DNA of 63,222 nucleotides, filler included, from Sluysia triapertura (lineage: Eukaryota), in the NCBI GenBank assembly GCA_046118255.1. It is 5 parts of 5 records of this genome, joined end to end, with 100 filler letters (N's around TTAATTAATTAA, not from the genome) between each part and the next. Parts side by side here need not be neighbours in the genome. Positions count along the whole stretch, not along the records: positions 11,098 to 24,199 come from JBJNIA010059761.1; positions 24,300 to 35,635 come from JBJNIA010185890.1; 3 more parts are not named here. One strand, 5' to 3'. A program made the translations under genes and the position numbers. The notes below the pieces were generated by a model, which saw nothing but the letters and a program-made list of their open reading frames with translations, was not told where the DNA came from and did no database searches. Of this stretch, positions 14,780-27,290 are shown in pieces (the first letter of the stretch is position 1; each line of letters begins with the position of its first letter).

Positions 14780-15320
14780 AAATATTTTATTATTTCTAAG
14801 AGATATTCTGGACTTCCGTAATGTAAGCATTTATAAATTTATTGCATGATTTTGAATTCTATTCTTGCTTTTATTGGCAGCCAATGTAATTCCTTAAGCT
14901 AAGGTGTTACATGAGATCTTCTTCCAATTTGGAGAATTTGTCTTCCTGTTTGATTAATTATTAATTGTAATTTTTTCACTCTTCTATATGAAATTGAGTA
15001 CAACAAACCATTGAATGAATGAACAATAAGTTTAGCTGTTTTTTTATTAATAAATTTTCGAATATTTGATATTTTATTTAATTGATATTTACACTTTTTG
15101 ACAATACAATTAATATTTTCTTCCATGCTCATTTTTGAATCCATATAACAACCTATATTTCGTATTTTTTGCATCGCATCTAGTGTGTGTCTTGCCACCT
15201 ACAATTAACTTTGTTTCATTTATTTTGGTATTGTCTCTATTTTTATTACCGAAGATTATAAATTTTGACTTTTCTTCATTGATTATTTTCAAATATTTAT
15301 TTCCAAACTATTTTATCAAT
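14780..15320 (-). mobile_element. CR1/L2-type LINE ORF2 C-terminal remnant
   Basis: KLQLIINQTGRQIL...RSHVTP*LKELHWLPIKARIEFKI. Related pieces at 11098-11230 and 18320-18480. Confidence 0.85.
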
Positions 15321-15756
15321 TCAGATATTATTATTATTATTATTATTATTATTTTATTATTATTATTTTTATATTATTATTTTCAGCAACCTCAAAGACA
15401 AAGTATAAAACTAAGTCACAAAAATGACGAAATAAATCCATATATTAGAAAGAATATAACTAATGAGTCAAATTGTTGTACAAAAAGTTAATTTTTTCCT
15501 AAAGTATATTTTACTTTAATTGGTTTATTTTATTAACACTATTCAGATTTTGTCTTTCACAAACTTCACAATGAAATTTATTATTAGTGTTAATTAAAAA
15601 TGGTGCTTTTTGGTTTGCTTCTTCAATAATTATTTAATATTAAAAATGAAAATAATTTGTAAATGTATTATTTTATATTTATTATTTACTTACAATAATA
15701 AGTAAGTAATTTAAAATTAATAAACAAGTTGTTGATAATGGATATTAATTAGATGA

Positions 15757-16384
15757 AAGATGCGCAATCTAGGGGGCGAATCCCTGACGGGGCACGTGAT
15801 AATTTTGAGGGGGTGCTAAAATTTTAAAATTGTTAGATTTTACAAACAAAGTTTTGTTCTTTCTTTGAATATTTTTTATTGTTTTTTACGAATTTAAGTA
15901 ATATTCCATCATCTAATTCCATAATTTACGTTCTTGATGTAGAACAATCATCAGTAATAAAATTTCAAAGAAAATCTACTTACAAATTCATAAATCAATT
16001 ATACATGTGCACTAGAGATGTTATGATATTTGGTATTCTGTTATTTTTTAGCTGTTAATTAAAAATAACGTTAGCAGACACTGCTATCACAATCGCGAAA
16101 TAGCAGCAATTAAATAACAGCGACGTGAAATATAAACAGACATAATATTGCATTTTTGATGTAAATAATTAAAATTTAATTTTTGCTAAAGAATTAAAAC
16201 TGTTGCTTTCATAATATTTAATTTATTTAATTTATAAGAAACAGAAAAATCCATTTTGTTATTAAAAGGTGTTTATTTTATTTATGAAGTTTTTCTAGTG
16301 GCGTTATGATTTTTTATTACGTCGGGGGGCGCCAAAAATAAATATGTTGAAATGGGGGCGCAACTTAAAAGTTTGTGCATGTCT
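15757..16384. mobile_element. Possible hAT-type MITE
   Basis: GGGGCG-rich subterminal blocks at both ends and degenerate inverted ends (GATGCGCAA...TTGTGCATG). Confidence 0.35.
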
Positions 16385-17485
16385 GCTTTAACTACCATAT
16401 TTAGAAAATCAGCAAATTTACTATCTCTAATTTAATAATTAAAATCTTTATCAAAAATATCTCCATGTTTTTATACCTTCCGGAAATTTAACCACTATGA
16501 AGAACAAGAAATATAAACAACAATTGACATTGTACAAAAAATTTTGAATTTTATAACTGGTAAAAGAAAAATTATGCAATCAGTTTTAGGAGCTTTGATG
16601 TTATCATTTTGATATTAGCGATACTAAAATTGCTTCAAATCTATCTGATTTATTACTAATTTTATCAACCAAAATTATTACATGGTAATATTACATCGGC
16701 TGCAATTTCAAAAGTACTTCACTCGCAAAATTGACACCTTACTGTAATTCTATCGAATTTGTCTAAAATGACACTATGAAATCCTGAATTGGACAAATTT
16801 TATTTTTATCAGGATATTAAAATAATGCTCTTCATACTGTTCGACGATTTGAATCGTACCATTCATTTAACTCATTCATTCATGTTGTTAGTCACAACTT
16901 ACCTTTTGAAGAGATGGTCGATCGTAGCTGGTATTTTGATTGCGGATCCTATATGTTTACCCTAAGGACATTTCTAAAATCTTAAATAGCCAGTTGTCCA
17001 AAATCCTCAATAGCTTATGATAAATCAAGTAAACCTACTTGTCCAACATTTGATTATTCTTCTTACTTTAGCTATGTCACAAGATATAAATTGCAGAACC
17101 TAAATTATTTTTTTGTAAATCTTTGTGTTCTCTTACGCAAACGAAACAGTTTTCTTAAAAAAATTAATTAATTAATTTTATCTTAAAATAAATTTATTAT
17201 AATTTAATGTCTACTTTAAATAGTAGTACATTATTCTTGACATAATCAGATAGTTTTGTTTGTTCAAAACATTATTTCTATATTGCAAATAGTATGTTTG
17301 ATAGTTATTTATATTCGATATATATATATATTAATATTAATATTAATATTAAGTAGTCAGATCTAATTATTCTAGTTCACTCGCGATATATATATAACAC
17401 ATTTTATGTAACATTTATCAACGAATTTTATCATTAAATTATAAACTGTTATAATATTATTAATGTCCTCATTTAAAGATAATGA

Positions 17486-18137
17486 AGGGTGACCAGATTT
17501 TCTCAATCCCATTCTGGGACGTCAAACAAATTTAAAAATTAAAAGTACATTTTTTAACGTCAGTACAGTATTTAAATGTAATAAATATACATAGATAATA
17601 AAGGATAAAAGAATAACATTTAGATTCAAAATATAATTTCTAATGATTTTGTTACATTTTTTTACTTGTAATATAATGTAAAGAAAATTTTAAATTTAAA
17701 TTTGAAACAAAAATTTTTCAAATTAATATCTTTCTACAGCATGTACTTTTCTTAAAAGTTCATCATTGTCCTTAACTACAGTTTGTAAATTCTTCGCACG
17801 ATTTTGAAATATTGTACTTTATAATAGCTATTATTTTCAGCTGTCCACATATTATTATTAATTGCAACATCCTAAAAAATACGGGGCACGTCGGAGCAAT
17901 GAATGACTATAAGTGACAAATTTAAAATTGGTCTGGAGTCAATCGATTATGTTCATTCGCGTAGTTTTCGATGAGTCATCATTCTTAATTTGGACGGAAA
18001 TGAAATTTGTTGTCTTTCATAATTTAAAAGACATTTTGAAATACATAGGTAACGATAATAATATTTTTAAAATATAATAACACAAAAATGAAAGGGAATT
18101 CGGGTACATGTATCGAGAGCTGCAGTTTGGCCACCCG
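17486..18137. mobile_element. Possible hAT-Blackjack-type MITE
   Basis: Ends AGGGTGACCA ... TGGCCACCC with GGGAC subterminal motifs. No TSD confirmed. Confidence 0.45.
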
Positions 18138-19615
18138 AGCATTATGTATAATTACGTATAAATTTAGCAGGAAATTCGAATAATTATATAACTTGTAAAT
18201 TGTGACTTATGTAATGATTAAGTGTTAAGTCTCTACTGATGGAAGATGTCTAATTTTAATTAGACTGCAACAAAAGAAGTGATAACTAATAATAATAATA
18301 ATAATATATTAATTTATATTGCCCTTATATCTACTGCGAAGTAAGTCCTCAAAAGCACTTAAAATAAATCATTCATTTTAATATTTCTGAAACAGAAAGT
18401 ACTGGCCTTTTTCTTAAATATTTCATAATCTTTCAGTAATTTGACATTCTCTGGTAGTACTGGTTGTATATTTTTGAAACACAAACACTATACCACCTAT
18501 CACCGACCTCAGTGTTCTTCGAAAGGGAGGTGAGTTATAGTAAAGTATTCATAAGAAAATATTCTTTAAATATGACAAGTCTAATTTGAAATAATTTTTA
18601 ATACAATTAGTATTTTATTTTATTGATATTATTATTAGACGACGAAAGAAGTAAATTTTTTCTTAATGCAAGAAACAGTTTCAACAAGAATATTTAAAAA
18701 AATTTACTGTATTATTTTATTTTAGTCCTAGGGTTGGCGAAAAAAATTGGTCACAACACAAACCCCTGACCTAGATATAAAAATTTAACTAAACTTATTC
18801 AAACAGGAATTTATTATAGTCAGAAATTAGTAAGAAAAAGTGTCTAAAAAGATTACATAAAAGTAATTTTAGAAAGGAATAATAATGTGGTCACAATGAA
18901 GAAGATTTTTAATGTAGAAAGCCTCTATTAAAGAAGACGCGTAACTATTAGTTAGAGTAAAATTATATTATATAGAAAACGAGAACAGTTTATCGTAACC
19001 TCTGCTGGCCATAATAAAATAGAGCGGCTCATATAGTTCCACAACACAATTATAAACTCAGGTTTACAATTTATTTGAAGGCATTTGAGATAAATATTGA
19101 AATTTATTAGATTTATTAAATTTGAATTAATGATATTATTAATAATAAATATTATTATTATTATTATTATCATTATTATTATTATATTAGACTAATTATA
19201 AAATAATACTAAAATATCTTAGTAATTCAGTTAAAAAAGAATCTTATGGCATCTTCGCGTAAAAAATTACAATTAATAATAGCACTTAGAAGAAAAGAAT
19301 AAACTTCTTTCTAATTTTGAATTATTCTGATAAACAATTTTTAGTATTTGATTAGAGATATTAATTTTTGTAATTTAATTTATTAATTTTAAATAGATTT
19401 TATTTTTGTTAAATGTAAAGTGAAATTGAAATCTCTAGAAGTTGTAAGACTATGATTGTTAGAATTTTATTGTGGATATATAGAAGTATATGTGATGTTG
19501 AAATATGTTTAAGATGTAAAATGAAAAGTTGTGAGATTCATGGTATATTTGAGACTGAAAATAATTTGTTTACTGATTCCGGCTTTTTATCTTTTCGTGA
19601 GCCAACACCAGCTAG

Positions 19616-19664
<49 letters not shown>

Positions 19665-19786
19665 CATGATAATATTTGTTTGATGGTATGTTATGACTTC
19701 ATTAAATTAATGCGGCGATTTAATTTTAGTAAGACATAATATGTACTATTATAAAATTATTAAGAATTTAAACATTTATTTAGTCA

Positions 19787-20614
19787 ATGCCTAAGCCATT
19801 ACCGACACTTCCATTATACAATGGTTCTACACAATATAAAGCTATTCCTGCACCTCAGCCCCCACTATCGAAGCCTCTTTCACTTAGCACAGTAGCACCA
19901 CCTGCAATCTCTTATAATAAGCCGTCAATTACCAATAATAACCCTAACACGAATGTTGGATTTATTTCGACCAATGCATCAATACCATTAGGTAATAATA
20001 ACACCAACAACACAAATTTTAATAATAATTTTAAACCAATACCATCGAACCAGATGCTTAATAATGTTTCTGTGATTAGAAAAAAAGCAGACCCTCCACA
20101 ACCTATTCCATCAAGCAATTTGAGAAATAATCGAGTAGCACCTCCAATTCCAACAACAGCGTCATATTCACAGCCAAGCCAACAACAAGCAACAACAACA
20201 ACATCATCAGTGAAAAATGTTTCTCAAACTCGCCTTTCCATTCCAAATATTTCGACAAATAAATCTTTTTCACCTGATTCACTAGATACTGGAATTCCAC
20301 CACCTGTTCCAATGCGAGCTCCATTACAGAATTATAACAGAGGGCATAATTCCGATTATTCTACTGTAGGATTGCCATCAAGACCATCTCTAATGGATCG
20401 AAAACCGCCACCTCCACCACCACCACCATTTCAACAACCGCAATCTATGTCATCTAATTTATATCAGACATCTCAAATAAAGCATCAAAGTTACCAATCA
20501 TCATTCGATCAAAAATTCCACTTTCCTCCAAATTCCTTGTTCCCACCACCAAGTCAAGTGCTTAATATGCTGCAGAATCAAAAAGATCATTTGTCGAACT
20601 CAGCGGTTTACTAA
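19787..20614 (+). CDS. Proline-rich WIP/verprolin-like protein, probably the last exon
   Basis: 275-aa Pro-rich ORF with a polyproline run. C-terminal SFDQKFHFPPNSLFPPP resembles the WIP WASP-binding motif (ESRFYFHPISDLPPP). An AG acceptor lies just upstream and no WH2 domain is visible. Confidence 0.65.
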   Translation: MPKPLPTLPLYNGSTQYKAIPAPQPPLSKPLSLSTVAPPAISYNKPSITNNNPNTNVGFISTNASIPLGNNNTNNTNFNNNFKPIPSNQMLNNVSVIRKKADPPQPIPSSNLRNNRVAPPIPTTASYSQPSQQQATTTTSSVKNVSQTRLSIPNISTNKSFSPDSLDTGIPPPVPMRAPLQNYNRGHNSDYSTVGLPSRPSLMDRKPPPPPPPPFQQPQSMSSNLYQTSQIKHQSYQSSFDQKFHFPPNSLFPPPSQVLNMLQNQKDHLSNSAVY

Positions 20615-20865
20615 TAAGAAAATAGACCAATGATAATACACAGTACTCTTGCACACGCAAATATTGTCCATCTTACGATTTAAGCTTATAGAATTACTTA
20701 TTTTTTTTCCTTCATATTAGTGTTTGACTTGAATTTATGTTTTGATTTAATGAATATTGTATTGCTTTTTTGGAATTTTGGATTTCGACTTCATAAAATG
20801 GACTGACCGGACTCGCTTCACAGTTGTGCAGTTCGATGCTCTGACCACTGAGCTATAGTCAACTG

Positions 20866-21200
20866 TACAGGGTGATCGCTAGAAAAGTGGAAAAAACTAC
20901 TTATTTTTACAATGAATAACTTTTACAAAGTTTTTTAAAGGTATATGTTATATTACACTCATAGATATTTAAAATGCCTTCCGTGCACTTCAAAGATGTG
21001 TCTTAACCTAGAAATCCAAGCTCATGAAAGGTAACTTATGAAATATAGTTCCAAGCTCTTCAAATCATCAGTAGAGTTTCTGAAGCTCTGTAATGCAGTA
21101 ATCCATGAAATTTATCTGGACTTTTGGAGGGCCAATCTTGCGGTTCAATGAAAATCGCTAGAAAATATGCGGCTCAGATGGGAGCATGAATAAAATGCGC
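20866..21200 (-). mobile_element. Tc1/mariner remnant
   Basis: TACAGGGTG terminus at 20866. Minus-strand DWPSKSPD at ~21115-21138. Confidence 0.55.
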
Positions 21201-21598
21201 TCTTACTCATTTCTATTTTGATTTGTTTAGATAATAAAATGTTCGAATTTAATAATACCTTTCTCTTAACATAAAGAAGAGGCAAATACTATTCATTCAC
21301 ATATTGTAATACTTGTTTATTATTATTTTTTACTGCTTCTAATTCTGAAAGAACATCCATATTCAAGTATGAAACTCTGTCGAATTTGATATTTCTACCA
21401 TTAATTGATTGCTTCATATTTTCTTAATTCATCAAATTTGATTTCACAATCTCGAATAAGGTTTTCAATTTCTTTATTTAAATTTGTGTGCTTAGTAGAT
21501 TAATTTATGTTTTGATGCCATTTCAATACTGCGTTCGTTTAATTCACACTCTGCGAACAATTAAATATTATCACCCACTTTAAATCTTCAATATTTTA

Positions 21599-21738
21599 TG
21601 TTGGACTGACCGGGGATCGAACCCGGGACTTCTGTCTGCGCAGTCGTTGCTCTACCACTGAGCTATCGGCCCGTCTAACAATTTTAGATTATTATAGTCC
21701 ATTATACCAAATGGCACTCTAGACCTTTTGCCCCAACA
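21599..21738 (-). mobile_element. 140-bp TGTTGG...CCAACA element containing a full tRNA-like unit (21602-21672)
   Basis: Minus strand has A box TAGCTCAGTGG and B box GGTTCGATCCC. The anticodon stem does not pair. Partial copies at 20788-20860, 24115-24199 and 7256-7376. Confidence 0.75.
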
Positions 21739-22369
21739 TATATAAATTTATTTTCAGTAACAAAATCATACTTCAAATTAATAAATTCAGATTGTCGTTT
21801 AAAAATAAATTGAGTTAAAGTAATTAGCATTCAGTCTTTAAGCTCATTATCGGACTAATGGTGTCGATGGTGAAAATAATAGTAATGACAACACTCACAA
21901 GAATTATAATGTTTACAGTGGTAATAAGTGAAAAGAAAACATTTTAATTTATTTTAAAAATTCTATATATTTATTATTTTATATTGGGAATGAAAGTATA
22001 GGAATTGATGCAGTGTTGTGCAATGGATATATATGTCGATTATATTACGTTTAAATGTGGAGTGATAATTTAGATCAATCATGGTCGAGGGTTTGAGTCA
22101 ACGCAGTACAAATAATTAATTTTTCACATTATTCTTTAAATTATCGTGATTTAATTTAATCTAATTTAAGACTATAAATATTTATTTTAAGATTTAAAGA
22201 ATCCTATGTATCTGGAAATTTAATATTGCGAAAATAATATATTTTGACAATTCTTTATTCTTTTTTAGATATTAATGGAAAGTAGGTATAGTATTTTTAT
22301 AATATACTTTAAATACTTTGCTTTATAAATATCATTAATAAATTAATAATATATTAATTTATATTGCGC

Positions 22370-22740
22370 TCAAAATAAGTACTACAAAATAAGTACTCAA
22401 AAGCGCTTAAAGTATATCATTTACCATAATATTTCTGAAACAGAAAGAACTTTGCCTTTTCTTAAATATTTCATAATTTTCCAGTAATTTGACATTCTCT
22501 GGTAACTGGTTGTATATTTTTGAGACATATATTTTGAGACCTAGCTTGTTATCACTGTGGATTCTATATAGATTATCATACCTCAATGAAATATTCATCT
22601 TGGTTTCCAATTTTAGTATTATTTCTAAAAGATATCCATAATGTAAGCACTTGTAAATTATTATCATGATTTTAAATTCTATTCTTGATTTTATTGGCAA
22701 CCAATGTAATTCTTTAAGATAAGATGTTACGTGAGATCTT
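22370..22740 (-). mobile_element. CR1/L2-type LINE 3-prime end
   Basis: RSHVTSYLKELHWLPIKSRIEFKI...IYNQLPENVK. Confidence 0.85.
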
Positions 22741-23769
22741 AAAGAATTAAAGAATTTTACAATTGATAATTTATAATTTTTTGGAAGCATATCTTTAGAA
22801 AATATCATAATTTTGAAATTCATCATTCTTGGAGATTATAAAATTAATGTCGTTAGTTAAAATTTTAATAAGAAATAAAATTTTACGAAAAATAATTTTA
22901 TAATATATTTTGTAATTTTAAGTTACATTTTTAAAAAATTATTTATGAAATCATCTTGACAATTATTATTTGAATAATAATAATACGATTAAAAAACTTG
23001 TTGTGGTGTTCATGCCGTCCCTACGATTATATCATGTACTCACACATAAAATTAAACTGCAATACATAACCACCAGATATCAACAAAAAGGTTCATTGTA
23101 AACTTCATATATCTTTTTAATAAAAGTCACACTTACGGACTATTAAATATTTTAAGACTCTTAATCTAATTTAAAACTCTACCTTTATCTAATATCAGGA
23201 GGCAATTCTATCTATATGCGTTTATACTCAAAAACATACGTTCAGCATTGTTCATTTTCAAATATTGAATCTTATTACTAATAATATCTTTAAATAAATC
23301 GGCATAAAAGGAATATAAACTTTCAAATTTAAAATCGTGCTCATGAACAACTCCACCACTCTCAGTCAGTACACAAAATCTAGATGAACTACTATGATCA
23401 GTGAAAAAAGAAAAACTAAAATTTAACCAGAGTCCAAAAACATCAATACAAAAATAATTAAAAATTTACGTGCATAGTCTAAATTTTCTGTATAACGACC
23501 CGAACAAATATGTTGAAAAGGATCTTCTTTAGACTTTTCAGATTTATTGGTAACCATACTATCATCAACTTCTTTCAAAATACATTTTCTAGGTGCATAC
23601 ATTTAAGTCTGTCATCTAAATTTTATGGATTGAATGAAATGTGGTGAAGTTATGAGGTGGATGAAATGTGTATAAGTGAGGTTGATGTGAGTAATGCTTG
23701 TACTTGCGTTTGTGTTTATGTTTGGGTTATGTTTAGTAAAAAATGAGGTGTACAGCTGTGACAATACAA

Positions 23770-24080
23770 GAACATAAATGAATTTGAATTAAAGAAAATT
23801 ATTGATGATTTAGTGAAGATTATGTCGGATATGTCAAAAGCAAGTCCTATAACCAACCAAACTTATCAAAAATAATTCAATTTTGACTAAAGTTATTCCG
23901 GTTTTATTGAAAATTATTAATAATTCATTTAATAAATTATTAATAAAATTTCTATCAAGTGAAAAAGTATCCGTTGTGTTACCTCATCTGAAACATGATG
24001 ATCAATTACTTTCAAATAGTTACAGACCCGCATCAGATATAACATTCTTATCAAAATTGATTGTAAAAGCAGTTCGTCAA
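23770..24080 (+). mobile_element. LINE reverse-transcriptase N-terminal remnant
   Basis: KVSVVLPHLK...SYRPASDITFLSKLIVKAV matches the K-x-A-x-V-x-P...YRPIS...SK motif. Confidence 0.75.
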
Positions 24081-26044
24081 AGTTATGGACGAAAATAAAC
24101 TTCGTACAATGTATTGTTGGGTTAAAAGGCCTAAAAGTGCCATTTGGTAAAATTGAATTTAATAAAAATGAAATTGTTAGACGGGACTGATAGCTCAGTN
24201 NNNNNNNNNNNNNNNNNNNNNNNNNNNNNNNNNNNNNNNNNNNTTAATTAATTAANNNNNNNNNNNNNNNNNNNNNNNNNNNNNNNNNNNNNNNNNNNNG
24301 AGGTGTTATGATTGTGAATTATTATTTTATGAGATCTGTAGTGTTGTGATTATGAATTAAGGAGTATGGCTGTTGAAAAGGTTGTTTTTATTAAGATTTA
24401 TTTTAATTTAAGTTATTAAAGTTGACCACTACAAATATTTTTGTATGATCACTTCGATAACAAAAACTTGTTGATAATTGTCATAATTTATTAATAGAAA
24501 ACTTTTATACAATAGAGATTACTAGAGTAATAAATATTGTACAATTAGTTCAATAAAGCTCAATAGTAAACAATTTTCATATAATGTTTATAATAATAAT
24601 AATATTATTATTATTAAGATTAATGTTACTTAACAATGATTTTAGAATTATCAATCTATCTGTAAATTAAATGGTTAAGAAAAATGATTTACACAATGAC
24701 TTTTATTATAGTTTGTCTACACTATTATTTATTTCGTGTGAAAATCTTAATGTAATAAAATTAACGATAGTATATATATAGAACCAAATACTAAACATAA
24801 TTTTTATGTATTTTTTAATTTAAAAACAAAGTACTATTTTTTAGTTTAAGAAAGTATTTAAAACAATATATTAATTTTGTGATTTAATATATAATAAAAT
24901 AGAGCATTTAATATTATTAATAAAACAAAATTCATATAATATATATAGAATTTTCAGATTGCATGAACTAAAATTTTGCAAAATTATTTTCACCATAAAT
25001 AATAAACGTATTCATGTTTGAGGTCAAATGTAATTGAATTGTGGTGCATCTTAAAAATATCATGTTAGATATGAATGATAGATCGTTTAATTTAATTCCA
25101 AAAATATTTATTATTATTCTAATTATCATTATTATTATTGCATAGTTATTATTGCACTTGTAAGCGTGTGAACTAATAATTAAGTGTGTATGTAGGGAAA
25201 ATATAAAATTCATCACACTTCATCACATTAAAACTTCTCATGGACACATAGAACATTAAAACATTGAGTCATTCAAAAAACATAATCATCGTACATAATT
25301 ATCACGAACAATAGGTATTGTTATTACAAATCCAATCGTACTTAAATATATAATAATTATTATGATTATTGTCATATAATAACTTCTATAAAAACATCAT
25401 AATATCATCAAATCATCATGTTAAAATATAATAATGACATCGTTATTATTAATTATCTTATCTTTATCATCAACTTTTCTTCTTATTCTTATGTTCGTCT
25501 GAACTTGTATATATTTATGTATATTTATGCATGTGTGTATCTAAAAGGTATATGTCAGAAAAACAGTTGTAGTACTAACATTTCCTAAGATACAGCAGAA
25601 TCAAGTATCACTTAAAACACAACTCAAAGAAGTAATATATGAAGAAGAAGAAGGACCGAAACGATTACCGTGTGTTAAGCCTTAAATATCAGAAGATCAA
25701 TCACCGTGTGAAATTTATAAAAAATTAGAAGCAAATGCAGTACAAAGACGTAAAACAAGTCAAATAATGTCTGTATTACTAATCTTGGAAGTAGTTGGGC
25801 GAATAGTTTAGAATTTGGTGCTTTAATACATCATCAGAATCATCATCCTCAAAAAATTCAACATTATCTCTACCACGATTTTTTGTATTTACCTATTTTT
25901 ACCCAAAAGTTGTATATTTAGATCTAGTATGAGCTAAAAGAAAATTATACCATTAAATAAATTTAACAATTACACGTATACTGAGAAAAAATGGTTTAAA
26001 AAAATATTTTTCAAACAAAAATTTTAATACATTCAATAATTATG

Positions 26045-27290
26045 ATGCATCGTTTTTTTCATTATTTCTGCATTGTTATTTATGTTAATCAGAAAGATAA
26101 ATTAATGATAAACAAAATTATAGACCCAGATTGTTTATTGTACTTTTATATGTAATGGCTCTTAACTAGAGAGCTATATATTAATGAAACACAAATACTA
26201 ATGATAAACGCGTTTAAATTATCAAAACTAGTAATGCGTTTTGAAATTTATTACAAACTGTCGGTAGAGATGAAGTTATATTACGATATGTACATATTGG
26301 TGAAATAAAAATAATTCAACAAAATGCGGTAAGACTTGATATAATTAAACGTTATGATGTAAAATAATTGTTTAAAGCACATGAAAACTTCATAATGAGC
26401 AATATTAATATTGATAATTGTTGAGATTATTGGAAATCAGCTAAGAGACTTAATTTATCAATTATGTTAAAAGTTTATTTATATATGTTTGATAATTTTT
26501 CTGAAATATCTAAAATCATTAAATTTTTAATGGTTGATTATGAAGAATTAAAAAAATTAGCTGGATGATGAAAAATTAACATTAAAAATGAAATTATTTT
26601 ATTTCAAGCTATTATTAAATGGATTGAAAATGACTTGAAAAATTGTGAAATATATTTAATTTCTTTACTTAACTGTTTAAGATTAGCTAGATTAATTTTA
26701 AGTGAAATAAATTCAATTAAAAAAATTAATATGGTTAAAAATTACTTTGGTATTAGCTAAGCGTCAAGTTTTACGCAGAAGGCGTGGTATGTGTGTTTCA
26801 TCTGAAGCACATAATTTAAGTAGACCACGGTTACCCCATCAATGTATTTTAGTTTTGGATGGAGATATGTTTTGTTCACCCTTTCGTAAAATCAAAGTAT
26901 ATAATAATCGTGATGAGACTAGGTAAATTTTGCCGCGTTACTCTAATATACCAACCAGACGAGTTTTTTGAAAGAGTCGTAGTGGACTTTGTGGAAAGTG
27001 TTTACCTACACCATCAGCATTTTAGTTTTCACTGTATAATCTTCAATGGTCACCATCAGCACCAATGCAAGAATGTCGTTTCTTTTTTATATCTATCGTT
27101 TTAAACAATCAAACATGTGCTGTTGGAGGACATCGTGAAGGTTGGAAACTTGATTCAGCGTGGAAAGATATAATAATAAAACAAATCGTTGGGAATATGT
27201 AGTACCATTATTATTCAAACGCAATCGCTCATCTGCAGCTACTCTTGATTATAAGATATATGTATTTAGTGAAAATCCAATACTCAAAAA
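26045..27290 (+). pseudogene. BTB-BACK-Kelch (KLHL10-like) pseudogene
   Basis: Hand translation gives BACK LDDEKLNIKNEIILFQAIIKWIEND...LLNCLRL, linker RPRLPHQCILV, and kelch AVGGH... and NRWEYVVPL...SAATLDYKIYVF. Several stops and frameshifts. Confidence 0.8.

Noticed and set aside
21602-21672. Functional tRNA gene
   Set aside because: The anticodon stem does not pair, the acceptor stem has a mismatch, and the unit sits in a repeated element.
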